A DNA stretch of 64,000 bases, taken from NCBI GenBank assembly GCA_025201805.1, contig MU619326.1, positions 66,988-130,987 on the forward strand, read 5' to 3'. A model generated the notes under the pieces. It worked only from the letters and a program-made list of their open reading frames with translations. It ran no database searches and was not told the origin of the DNA. The number at the start of each line of letters is the position of its first letter. Position 1 is the first letter of the stretch. This stretch comes from Parasitella parasitica NRRL 2501 (lineage: Eukaryota; Fungi; Mucoromycota). Both the position numbers and the translations under genes were made by a program. This document shows positions 13,227 through 25,336 of the stretch, one piece after another.

Positions 13227-13299
13227 GAAAATATTTTCATTGCTGCTATCATTGCCTTAGGTGACTGGTTTGCACTGCTGGATCATGGCATAAAGAAGG

Positions 13300-13316
13300 A
13301 CGCGAAGCGATCGCGT
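13300..13316. promoter_or_regulatory. Inverted pair of MCB/SCB-like CGCG elements in the TSR2/RPA3 divergent promoter
   Basis: ACGCGA (13300-13305) and TCGCGT (13311-13316), ~40 bp upstream of the RPA3 ATG. Confidence 0.5.
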
Positions 13317-13352
13317 TCCAGTTTCTTTCTTGTTCAGTACATTAATACAAAA

Positions 13353-13839
13353 ATGGATAAACCAACGCCTCGCATTAACTCTAGTTTAAGAGAAAAGTAC
13401 ATTGGACAAACAGTTCGTGTTGTCGGGAAACTTGTTTCTGTAAGTGAGCGCTTGTTTGCAAGTGATGTCTAACTGACAACTATAAACACCAGCTTTCTGG
13501 CGATACCGCAGTATTGGAATCGACGGATAATGGTCAAATTTTAGTTCATGTGAATGGGGTGAGTTTTGGTATATGGTGGTTTGGAGACGATAACTAATAG
13601 AATGAGAGACTAGGAGAGTCGATGGGGCACAGATTACATTGAAGTAATTGGACAAGTTGAACAAGATTTCACTCTTAAAGAATTCAAGTCAACTAACCTT
13701 GGAAATGATTATAGTTAGTCTCCTTTCGTTTGAGTATAAAAGGCAATGATAAGAATAATTAACACAATTTTTATTAGATCTTGAACTAGCAAATAAGGTG
13801 GTAGAGTTCTCTCAAAAATGCCCTGAAATCTTTATATAA
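13353..13839 (+). CDS. RPA3: Replication protein A 14-kDa subunit; 4 exons (absent from ORF track)
   Basis: Spliced MDKPTPRINSSLREKYIGQTVRVVGKL...ESTDNGQILV...YIEVIGQV...NKVVEFSQKCPEIFI*. Confidence 0.9.
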
Positions 13840-13947
13840 ATATAAAAAAAAAACGCATCATGATTACCATGATAAGATGATTGATAATGCAACTAGAGTC
13901 TTTATTTATGTGTGAATATGCTGTTTCTGTGTATATGATGTAAATGC

Positions 13948-14934
13948 TTAAAGTTCCTGGCCTAGCTGCTCTGCTAATTCTCTACCACGGTTTTGTGCTG
14001 AGAACACAGCATCTGCCATCAGTTTTCTGATATTGTTAGATTCCATCGAGTTAATAGCTGCTTCCGTGGTTCCTTTGGGAGATGTCACTTTGCGGCGCAA
14101 AGTAGCTAAATCATCTTCTGATGTAAGAGCCATGCGAGCAGCACCAATACATGTTTGCAGTGTCAATGCCTTGGCATCCTCAGACGATAAGCCAGCTTCG
14201 ATACCAGCGTTTTCTACATGTAAAAATAGGGTTGAATAAAAATGAAGCGTGTGTTTAGACTTGGTGGGATACTCACGCATGGCTTCCATGATTAAAAAGA
14301 AATAAGCAGGACCACTGCCGCTGATGCCAGTGACAGTATCAATCAGTGATTCATCTTCAACCCACGAAACTTGTTTAGCAACGGCCTTCATGATGTCTTC
14401 AGTCATGCTTCTCTGGTCATCATCAACAGAGTCAGTAGCAAAGAGACCAACAGCACCTTCACCGACAAGGGCAGGTGTGTTTGGCATGCATCTTACAATA
14501 GCAGCAGGATCAGTGGTATTCATCCATTTATAGATATCGGCAGTAGTGATACCAGCAGCAATAGATACGATTAATGTACCAGCTTTTAATTTGAGATTAC
14601 TCATAACTGAGCGAAGCACTTGAGGCTTCACAGCCAGAATGACCACGTTTGCACCTTCAACAATTTCCTGGTTGTTGTCCGAACCTACCATGTCAGGATA
14701 TTTTGATTGCATGTACTGTCTACGCTGTTCCCAGGGTTCAGAATAACGAAGATGTGAGCCAGGGTGGCCACTGGATTGTAGACCACAAAGAATGGCCTCA
14801 GCCATGTTGCCACCGCCGATAAAAGATATGATGGGCTTTGCTAGTTGCTTGCTGATTAATGCGTTTGCAGCAGATTGGAGTGTAGTAGAAACCATATGAG
14901 ATGTAATTGATTGTAATCTGGTCAAGGAAGACAT
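13948..14934 (-). CDS. PRO3: Pyrroline-5-carboxylate reductase
   Basis: 'FIGGGNMA', 'LAVKPQ', 'VRCMPNTP', 'GISGSGPAY', 'VTSPKGTT'; one 63-nt intron 14214-14276. Confidence 0.97.
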   Translation of the reverse strand: MSSLTRLQSITSHMVSTTLQSAANALISKQLAKPIISFIGGGNMAEAILCGLQSSGHPGSHLRYSEPWEQRRQYMQSKYPDMVGSDNNQEIVEGANVVILAVKPQVLRSVMSNLKLKAGTLIVSIAAGITTADIYKWMNTTDPAAIVRCMPNTPALVGEGAVGLFATDSVDDDQRSMTEDIMKAVAKQVSWVEDESLIDTVTGISGSGPAYFFLIMEAMREYPTKSKHTLHFYSTLFLHVENAGIEAGLSSEDAKALTLQTCIGAARMALTSEDDLATLRRKVTSPKGTTEAAINSMESNNIRKLMADAVFSAQNRGRELAEQLGQEL

Positions 14935-15037
14935 GTTTTATTCTATTTTATATCCAATTTTATTGTATTTATGCAGTACATTTTTCTGTGTGACTCTATC
15001 AAAAGATGTCCTCACGGGGTTGCTTGTGTAAATGACG

Positions 15038-16215
15038 CTATTCTTCATCTTGTTCTTCATCAGAGACAATATTGGGTATATCATACAGATCATTTTGAGA
15101 TAAGGCACCGTGTCTAATTTTTTGGCGGTTTTTACAAATAAGGTTAACTAAATATATCATTTTGCATGACACAGAGGGAAAATGACGTACCTAAGCAAAA
15201 CATCTTCTATAGCATCTATATCAAACCGGGACCCAACTTCATCGATTATTCTTACTAAATTTGCAATCAGCACACCACCTGCGTAAGCTAAAATTGCTGG
15301 TGATCCAACTAGGTCAAAATCTAGGTCATTGGCTGACACTCGAATGAACTTGGCAAAGTATTTCTGTGCTAGATCAGGTAAAATCAAATCTAATTCCTTG
15401 CATTTGGGCAGACTATCATCGAATATATGGATGATCACAGGTATTGTCTTGGACTCATCCTCAATCTCATTTACATAATCATCTATGTCAATTGTTCTAT
15501 AACTTCCAAACAATTTTTGCTGTTGATGTATCGAATGATTTCCTCGTGCCCGCCTCTTTAGTTCATTCAACCTCTTTTCTCGAAGATACTTTAAATCATC
15601 GTCGTCCGGTTCTTGCTGTTTTTGTTGCTGCTGCTGCAATATCAATTGTTGCTCTTGTACATCTTGTAAATACGTGGTAGTTGTCGGTGCTTTGGCCAAC
15701 ATACGTGCATTATAGTCTGCACGTGCTTTATCTTTCAAGTCTAACTGCATTTGTTGATGATAATCATGATCTGCTTTCACTCCTTTCGGGCCAGTGTTGG
15801 GTCCCGATTGCCTTTCTTCGTGCGGAATAGAATTTACCTATATAAGGTTGTGTGTGTGGGAGACTCGTTAGTCATACTATTTTGTGTGTAAATCATATAT
15901 TGGTAGAATTTTTCAGGTAACTCTGTTAAACCTTCAAACAAAACAAAAAAAAAAGGGGGGGGGGAAGGGTGGCATTTCAATCCTACTTCTTGTTGCCATA
16001 GTTACGATCAAACAGAAAATAAGGGGTTTTAAGATAGGAGACGCAATAAAACATCCATAAAACAGAGGATAAAACGGTGGATGTGGGGTCACATAACTTA
16101 CCGAAGTTTCAACATGATCTTCTTGATCTGATTCTGACTCTGGTTCTATTCTATCTCTGTCGTCATTTTCTTCTAATGAAACATTCTGTAACTGGGCCCA
16201 TAATGCATCCTCCAT
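15038..16215 (-). CDS. Phosducin-like protein
   Basis: 'NTGPKGVKAD', 'LREKRLNELK', thioredoxin-like 'VIIHIFD...PAILAYAGG'; 3 exons. Confidence 0.88.
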
Positions 16216-16465
16216 TTTGATTGTTATTCAAAGAAAAAAAAGAACGTGTTTTTTTTGAGAGTGAGAGACCAGAAGAGAGGAAAAGAAATTGTCTAAAAAA
16301 GATCGCTGCCAATTAAAAACTGTCAATTTTAAATGATTCTCCTTACAGAAACCTACTTTCAACAACAAGTTGCCATACAATGAAAAAGGAGGAAATCTAG
16401 TTGCTATATTTCAAAAAAAGAATGTCTTTGTGCTTCTTCTCTTTTTCCACTTGTAAGTTATTGAA

Positions 16466-17139
<674 letters not shown>

Positions 17140-17155
17140 ATATATATTTAAAGAA

Positions 17156-18004
17156 CTAAAGTTTCGAAAATACTGTACTAGCAAATATCTTTTTCTCATA
17201 TTCCCAATCACCATCATCTTTCATTTGACGTAAAACCAACTTCTTCATTCCTCTTATTGCGTTGGGAGAAACTCTTTGATTTGATTTGTCATCCATCAAA
17301 AACCGTTTTAAAAACAATAAACTTGCATTCAAACATTCTCCGTCTTTTTCGACTATCAAGTCTGCAAGTCCTCCTTCAATGCACTCCTGTGCAGTCAATC
17401 GGCAGCCACCTGCCATCCATAAAAGAGCTTTTTTTTTGCCTACCAGATTGACTAGATGTCGCATACCCCCCCAAGGAGAACTTACACCCATTCTTGTTTG
17501 TACAAAATGAATGAATGCAGCCTGACTCATGCAAACAAAATCAAATGCAGTAACCAATTCAGATCCACCTCCAATGGCGCCTCCAGTAACAACTGCCATA
17601 GTGATTACTGGCAATCGAGAAATTCTGTGCAAGGTATTATGCATCAATTCATTCATAGCTAAAGACATGTCTGCTGATTGCACATGTTCACGAGCAAAAC
17701 CAAGATCTATGATAAATAAGATGACGACTAAATCTATTCGCAATCCATGTATAGACATACCCAAACCAGCACAAAATGATGACTGCCCCCCTCCCATTAC
17801 TACAAGGGCAACTAGATTGTTTGTTACGATATTACGTTCCAGTTCAGACACGGCATGATGAAATTCGACCATCATTTTCCCAGATAATGCGTTATGTCTT
17901 TTGGGATTATCGATAGTCAACAAAGCTATCCCTGGCTGATATTTGAGATCAACTTTAATCGTACCCTGACCCTTGTTTGCAAGTAATTCAATAGTTTTGT
18001 TCAT
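17156..18004 (-). CDS. Crotonase-family enzyme, ethylmalonyl-CoA decarboxylase (ECHDC1)-like, C-terminal SKL
   Basis: 'NALSGKMM', 'FCAGLDL', 'GGGSEL', 'FVQTRMGVSSPWGG'; 54-nt intron 17707-17760. Confidence 0.8.
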   Translation of the reverse strand: MNKTIELLANKGQGTIKVDLKYQPGIALLTIDNPKRHNALSGKMMVEFHHAVSELERNIVTNNLVALVVMGGGQSSFCAGLGMSIHGLRIDLVVILFIIDLGFAREHVQSADMSLAMNELMHNTLHRISRLPVITMAVVTGGAIGGGSELVTAFDFVCMSQAAFIHFVQTRMGVSSPWGGMRHLVNLVGKKKALLWMAGGCRLTAQECIEGGLADLIVEKDGECLNASLLFLKRFLMDDKSNQRVSPNAIRGMKKLVLRQMKDDGDWEYEKKIFASTVFSKL

Positions 18005-18680
18005 TTATGTGAAAGAAGAGAAGCTAAAAAAGGATAATGAGAATGTGATACAATTCGTGTGAGGTTTAATGGATAAAGTATGTTACATGTTGGGTTTGGC
18101 CTACAAATCAAACTCATCCGGCTGCATGCGGGCAGTCCATCCGTTGTTACTGAATGATACTTGATAACAAATGTTTATAAAGCTAAATGCGAAAAAGCTT
18201 TATTGAATCAGTATGTCTTTTTCTATACATGGCCATATATTCCAATAAACTTGTAAGTTGAAGTTTACAGTGTAGTTCTGCATTAAACAGCTATACTTGC
18301 CGTTCATCATACATTCACTAGCGACCAGTGTTTAGCAATCACCAAGTCCCAATTCTTTGCTCTTGATTAAGCATTGCACATTTCACTATTGTCAAGAAGA
18401 AAGCATCTTTGCTTTTCTATGTTCCTCTCTGCTAAGAGATTTTCAATTTTGAAAAATTGTGTGCGCTTAACAGGTTTTTCATAATATGATAAATTTATCG
18501 TCTCCAAGCATTATTTCTGCTCAAATACGAAGGTACAAGCCTCTGTTGACGCAATATCGAGAGAAGGTGCACATGGGCATAATGATTAGCCAAGCATCCA
18601 ATGTTTAATTGTAAAAAAGGTTCATTTTTATATCCAGTCTACATTTAAGCTGAAGGTCTTTATAGACGAATTTGTCAAAA

Positions 18681-18822
18681 AGTCCCCCGGTAGCGCAGCA
18701 TAGAGAGGGGATCACTTGAAGCGAGAAAGGCTCTATGATATGTGGATGCGCAAAAAATAGTTGTTATTTTGGTGGAAAAAACCATCATTTCATACCCAAA
18801 TACCTACGACAAAAAGACAGCC
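18681..18822. ncRNA. Candidate structured ncRNA (two hairpins; H/ACA-like layout on +)
   Basis: Stems GCGCA/TGCGC and CATAGAG/CTCTATG, A-rich hinge, weaker second hairpin, ACA at 18817. Confidence 0.3.
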
Positions 18823-19173
18823 AAGTATTAACTATTTAGCAAACACATGGATCAGGACTTTATGTCTGATGTACAAAACAAATATTCCATGTGAAGACTT
18901 ATCGGCAAAAAGATGCAATCGTTTTTTAAGCAAGTATTAGCAGTAATTCTATAGAAGCATCAAATTATTGGTTATTGGCCGAAAAAATCACTGAGCATTC
19001 ATGTATAGTATGTGTAGTATGTATATACATACTCTTAATTTTAATGACTAAATATATTTGAATAAAATATAGGGGTGTGAAGAAAAGATGAGCTTTTGCG
19101 TTGCGATATTTCCATGTATGCGAATAAAAGGGAAAAAAATAATAGTAATTATAGGTAAAGAATAAATTAAACT

Positions 19174-20119
19174 TTATCTTGAGATAGTGGCAGAGATTTG
19201 ATTTACTTGACGTCTCAACTTGTCCTTGTCGTACATGGAATAAGCTAATTCATCTAATGGTATACTATCAAGTAAACGAATTGTGATTTTTGGTGCCTGT
19301 TTAACGCCAGTCGACTACAAAAAAAAAGTTAGTAAATAGTATTTCAAAAGTTACAATTACGTACTTTGACCAGAGGAAACAATCGATCACCTAGCGATTG
19401 TTTTTGTTCGTGGAGTGGCAAGCCTTCCAATGTTTTCAAAAATTTGCCAATCTCATCCTTCAATTCTTCAGTGTTCAAGCTATTTGAGTCTGGAATTTTC
19501 GGTTCAGTTGTTGCGGTTTTATTGTTTGATGAAGCTGAAGTAGCAGTTGTTGCTGAAGTGGCAATATCTATTGTTCTAGCGCCATTTGCGGCAACAGGGG
19601 AAGGTGTAGAAGACACAGAGGGTGGCGCGATAATCGGAATAGCACGAGAAACATTTGGAGGAATACCGAGATGTTGAATATAACTTGGAGCCGTGTCTAT
19701 TTTGGGCTGATAATAATAATTTGTGGCCGCGGCAGATGTAGCTGGAGAGGAAGGCATACTAACTGCTGGCTGGAGGTAGCCTGCCTTCTCCTTATATGGT
19801 TTTTGTTGTTGTAGCTGTTGCTCTTCAACAAAAATATCCAAGGCATCTTTAGCTTGCTTGATTTTTGCCTTTAGAAACACTTTGTTGAACAAACAAGTCG
19901 CTAGATCCTTCTTCCTAAGTGTTAGTAACATGTCGACTATATCATTTAAATTGCTGTCGTCTTTTTCAATAGCTAGCACCGCTTTTGTTATTGTGTGTCT
20001 TCTTGTCCGAGAGCTTGTTTCTGTCATGACGCTGGCCATAGATTCAATGGAGCCTCGTCGACGGAAACTAGGTCTTTCGTGTGAGTTATGGACCTGCTGC
20101 TGTTGTTGTTTTTGTTGCT

Positions 20120-20166
<47 letters not shown>

Positions 20167-21034
20167 TGCTGTTGCTGTTGCTGCGAGAGGTGTGATGCGT
20201 ATTGCCAATGGTTAGAAACATTGTTGTATTGGGGAGGAGGAGGAGATACATGTTGCTGCTGCTGATAATAGCTGGGATGTTGATATGTATTATTGGTTGA
20301 GGCAGATGTTGCAGTGGTTGTTGCATTTGTATGTTGAGGTGTGTTGATATATGCACCTGATGCTAATGTTGATAATGACGGAGGTCGCTGAATACTACCT
20401 GTAGCGGATGGATTTCTTTTTAAAGGGGTGTTGTTGTAAGGGTGCTGGTGTTGCTGCTGCCCCTGATATGGTTCATACATCTTTTTAGTCGGTCCTTGGA
20501 ACTGGTGTTTGACATGAAAAGTTAGTAATGACGCTACTTGTTAAATATATAAACATTACCTGGCTGGCTTGTTGCTGTCGTTGATCGTACTGATTTAAGA
20601 CGCCATGATTTTGATGGTAGTGATGACTCACATTGCTAGCATTTCTTTCCATAGGTTGGTAACTTGGTTTAATACCGTTTGATGTTGGGGGCGTATAGAT
20701 GTGTTGCTGATAGTTGTTACTATGGCTGTTAAACTTTTGTTGAGGCATTGTAATGTTACTACTATATCTTTGATCAATACTATCGCGGGCTCTCATATTC
20801 ATGCCACTATTCTTGCTGTTGCTATTGGTGTTGTTGAATTTATTGGTAGTATTGCTCAGGTGAGTATTCCCATAGTATCCACTCCCGTTGCTTTGCTGCC
20901 GCTGCTGCTGTTGTTGCTGATCAAATGAATGCTGATGCGGGGGTGGCGATGTAAATGATGGTGTAGGAGGGCTGAGTCTGTTGAACTGCTGTTGCTGCTG
21001 TTGCTGCCGCTGCTGCTGTTGCTGCTGCTGCTGC

Positions 21035-21104
<70 letters not shown>

Positions 21105-22597
21105 GCACCAACTGAGGTGATACAGAAGTAGCAATTTGTTGACGTGAGGCACCGTTAAAGATAGAATGACTAGGTGATACATTGACATCGCCCTCACGAG
21201 ATTTCTTGGGTTCGTGGAATGCGACAATAATAGGCTTTGAAAGAATAAATTCCCCATTCATTTCATGTTTTGCTTTTTGAGCTTCATCTGCTTTGTTAAA
21301 ACTGACAAACCCGAATCCTTTTGATTGTTTTGTTTGTGCATTCTTCATGACACGGGCCGAGATGATACGGCCAAATTTTCGAAAATTGTTGAATAAATCA
21401 ATGCTTTTCACATTTAAATCTAGATTTTTGATGTAGAGATTAGTGTAGTCTACCATACTTGATCCATCGCTTCGAATAATCGATGGCGGTGCAGAAGAGG
21501 TAGAACAAGTGATCATCGGAGCAGGAGTAGGAGGCAGCGGGGATGTGGGTGTGGATATATGGTTTGAGACAGAGTTTCTCTTGTCAACAGTCTATTTAAG
21601 TCGCAAGTTTAGTAATCAGAGAGTATCGTGTGGGCTATTTGAGTCTTTCACATACTATGTCTTTGGTTTCAATAGATGCAGCTTTGCTAGGAATGATAGG
21701 AAATACGGAGCTAATCGATTTTTTTTAGGAAGCGTCGGTTTATATAGCGGTTGATTTACTTACATGATATTACCTTGTATAGGTTTATTATTCTACGATT
21801 TAAATAGATTAGAACATGAGATAAAAGAACACGCATGTAGCACTTTACCATCATGCTCTCTGCGTCTTGTGCATCTTCTGGATTAAAGTATTGCACCAGG
21901 GCAGTCCCCTTAAATGTCGAAGCTTGTTCCACCAGAATCTTGCATAAAATCATAGGTCCAAATGGACGGAACAGCTCATAGAGTAGCTTGTTGTTTGTTT
22001 GACCTGGCAAGTTCTTAATATGAAGGATACCTGCATGCGCTTCGGGCTCTGGCTTATCACTAGATGGAGCATTTATCTTGAGTTGTAATCGAACACCAGC
22101 CCGAAAAGTGATGCCATTTAGTAGGGTATAGGCACGATCAGCTAAATTTTTATGTGTGAGAACTTGATGAACTCGCATGCTCTATACGATCCACTTACCC
22201 ATTTCCTTGCTTTTAAATTGAATGTAGCCAGATGCAACTTCGTGATTGCGATTGAGACATATCCTATACGATTTTTTTTTCAGTAGATGTTTGATCGACC
22301 AAATGTTCAAAAATACCTTTCAGGGGAACATGATTTCACCAGATCCATGATTTCAGTCTCAATAACAGAGTTTGGTAAGCCATCAATGTACAATTTTTCA
22401 GTCACTAGGAAACTACCATGGTAACCTTCTGATATTGGTGAGACTTCCTGGTGAGGTTTTGCTGATGTGGTAGCATTTGTAGACAGACTATAATCAGAAG
22501 ATGTATCTACGACGAGATGATGACTAGTACTCAGCCTATTGGAATTGCTCTTCTTTGGCAATTTAACAATGGCCTTAGTAACATATAGTTCAGTCAT
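19174..22597 (-). CDS. rrm4: Rrm4-like RNA-binding protein (3 RRM + C-terminal MLLE/PABC domains, polyQ)
   Basis: RRMs 'LYIDGLP', 'LHIKNLP..FKGTALVQY', 'LYIKNL..KGFGFVSF'; MLLE-like 'IVDMLLTLRKKDLATCLFNKVFLKAKI' and 'QKQSLGDRLFPLVKSTGVKQAPKITIRLLD'. Confidence 0.85.
20094..20184 (-). repeat. CAG/CAA coding trinucleotide repeat (polyQ)
   Basis: (ctg/ttg)n on + strand. Confidence 0.95.
20987..21105 (-). repeat. CAA/CAG coding trinucleotide repeat (polyQ ~40, long pure CAA run)
   Basis: (ttg)n pure run ~21036-21105. Confidence 0.95.
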
Positions 22598-23199
22598 TGT
22601 ACGCGTGGTTTGTTAAGATCAAGCTGGCAACAACAAAAGGAGAAAGAAAAACAAAACAAAAAAAAAAAAAAAGAAGGGGTAGCGAAGTGTCCGCGCTCAA
22701 TCCTTTTTTTATATAATATTATGACAGGAAAAAATCCCCAAAGATGAAAGAGTAGATGAAGAAAGAGAAAATTAGAATGGTAAATAAACAAGTAGGTACA
22801 TGTAATAAACAAAAATACTACCGTTATTTTTATTCCTTTTTCTACAAATAGTTTTTTTTTTTCGCATTTGTTAAACACACCTCCATCATTTATTTTCTTT
22901 ACTCATCTGTGTAATGCTTCTGCTGTTTTGAGTAACAAGCACTTGAAAAACTAGATAGGAGGATCAAGGGTTTTCTCTTTGATGTAAAGTTAATGCGTTT
23001 GAACTGTTTGTTTTGTAAAGATAACCTGTTACACAGCAACCGCATTTTTTGACCTGGTGCCGGGTGCTTTTTTTCTCTCTTTATTTGTCCAAGTGATTGT
23101 AATTATGGATAAGATCCCCCTTCCACCCCCACATGATATTTCTCTTTTTCTTTTCCATCTCGAATAAAAAAAAATTAAAAAAAAAAAAAATTAAAAAAA

Positions 23200-25336
23200 A
23201 TGTCGCATACAAACATTCTTGAAGACTATACAATGGGAAAGGTGCTTGGAACAGGTTCATTTGCCGTCGTCTATAAAGCAGAACACAAGGTACATAACTG
23301 AATCTAATTAAACTGACCCAGTATGCTGATGTTACTGTAAAACAAGCCGACAAAAAAGGTGGTTGCGATCAAATCAATTAAACCAAAACTCATACTGAAT
23401 TCGAACACTATGCACTATGTGGAGACGGAAATTGAGATAATGCGGACGATATGCCATCCTCACCTGCTAAATTGCAACGATTACATTGTAAAAAGCCATC
23501 CACTATATAGCTTAGCAACATATTGATTGAATGTTATACAAAATATAGAAATCTGAAGCGTATGTGTATCTCATCATGGATTATTGTTCAATGGGCGATC
23601 TCAATGGCTACATCAAACACACACACAAAGGCCAAGGATTGCCCGAAGATACGATTTTACATTTCCTTGATCAATTAGGTGGGTCCTTGATGATTAAATA
23701 GTGTTAGACTCTTTTTAATCACTTTCTTTTGATAAGCTTCCGGCCTAAAGTACCTGCATGATCAAAATTTGATTCACCGTGACATTAAACCTAAGGTAAG
23801 CAGCATAATATGGTTTATGCGAATCTCCTTTTTATGATTATTTTGACAGAATATATTCCTCGTACCACCATCTGCAACATCTGCATCTAAGGTGCCTGAC
23901 GTAAAATTGGGCGATTTCGGTTTCGCCAAAATGCTTCCAAAAACAAGTCTGGCCATGTCTGTCCTGGGGTCTCCGATATACATGGCTCCTGAAGTGCTAA
24001 AAGGAGAGCCTTACAACTACAAAGCTGACCTATGGAGTTTAGGGGTTGTCTTGTATGAATTAATGACAGGACATACACTATTTCGGTCAAAAAACATGGA
24101 AAATCTCCGTACAACTGTCGATGAGTACAAGGATCATATTCAATTTGGAAACGAAAGATATAAATACAGCACTGAATTGATAGATCTAGTTCGCGTATTA
24201 CTCAAAAGGCATCCTCGAGAAAGAGCGTCGTGCGAGGAATTCTGTCATTACATAAAGCTGATAGCACAAAAAAATCAATGCATAAACGAGTTCTCGATAA
24301 TCGAAGATGATTATATAGTTATTGAATGCGATTCAACCCTTACATCGTCCATCATAGCGCCAACACCGCCTTTGATTCCCAACATTCAACGAAGTCATTC
24401 CGTGGACTATTATCAAAAAAGACCTGCCCAACATGTAAGAGATAGACGGCACAGTGCTGGTTCGAAAGGCACCATGCTGACAAAGGCTATCTCTATGTCA
24501 CCGTTCAATTTATTTGGAACACACAGATCGAATTCAGAAAAGGCGCTGGGTCCCTCATCATCATCATCATCTGCAATTGTCGAGGAATCGATCGCTGAAG
24601 AGGAAGATGTAGTGAAATGCTATAAGGATAAAATAAATTACTGCACAGGGTTGGATCTACGTTTGTTCGAAATTACTGGCTCTCTGATTAGATTATTTGA
24701 CACGTTACTTCAGCCTAGCAAAATATCCTCGTTCAAGAGAACCGCTGATGACGAGTCGATTGCGTTGATAAGAAAAATAGTGTTTGTTTTGAACTTGGCT
24801 ACTACAATCGACAACAAGCTCAAGTTTAGTCTGGAAGAAAACGGTCTTCTATTATGGGGCAAAGCAAAACTTGCCGAATTTATGCCAAAGCAATCAAGTT
24901 ACAAAAAGATTGAAATTGATCAGCGTGTTGTACAGAGATTACTGTATGATAATGCAGTTGAAATGGTATAGTACTGGTATTTTTTTTACTGATTCCATGT
25001 ACTTGAAAAGTCTTGAAACTTATATTATACTAGAGTCGGGAAGCTGCTGTATCTCAGCTGGTTGGCGAAGACTTGTTTAACTGCAAAACAAAGTATGAAG
25101 AGTCGATCCTTCTTTTAGAGGCAGTCCTGATAATACCCACTAATGAATATGTAAAGACAAAAGATATTGTAATCATTGAAAACTGTAAGTGTCTCTCTAT
25201 TTCATGAATCTTAGCGTAACTGAAAATTAAACCATTCGCTATTGAATCAGTAATACAGTCTCTTAAAAATCGGATCAAGAAAATTTCTCCAGAAGTTTTG
25301 ACATTGCACAAAGAGATTGAAACATTGAAATTATAG
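23200..25336 (+). CDS. Atg1/ULK-family Ser/Thr kinase (compact)
   Basis: 'LGTGSFAVVYK', 'VAIK', 'MDYCSMGDL', 'HRDIKPKN', 'DFGFAK', 'GSPIYMAPE', 'EDDYIVI', C-terminal 'LLYDNAVEM|SREAAVSQL' MIT-like region. Confidence 0.8.

Noticed and set aside
18650-18720. AAAGTCCCC...GGGGATCACT resembles RNase MRP CR-I/CR-V
   Set aside because: Halves are only ~20 nt apart, with no P8 stem around GAGAG and no proper downstream CR-V. It also lacks HDV, hammerhead and twister cores.
19858-21257. Poly-Cys, poly-Asn, poly-Ser and poly-Leu ORFs in the track
   Set aside because: Alternative-frame or antisense readings of the rrm4 polyQ repeats
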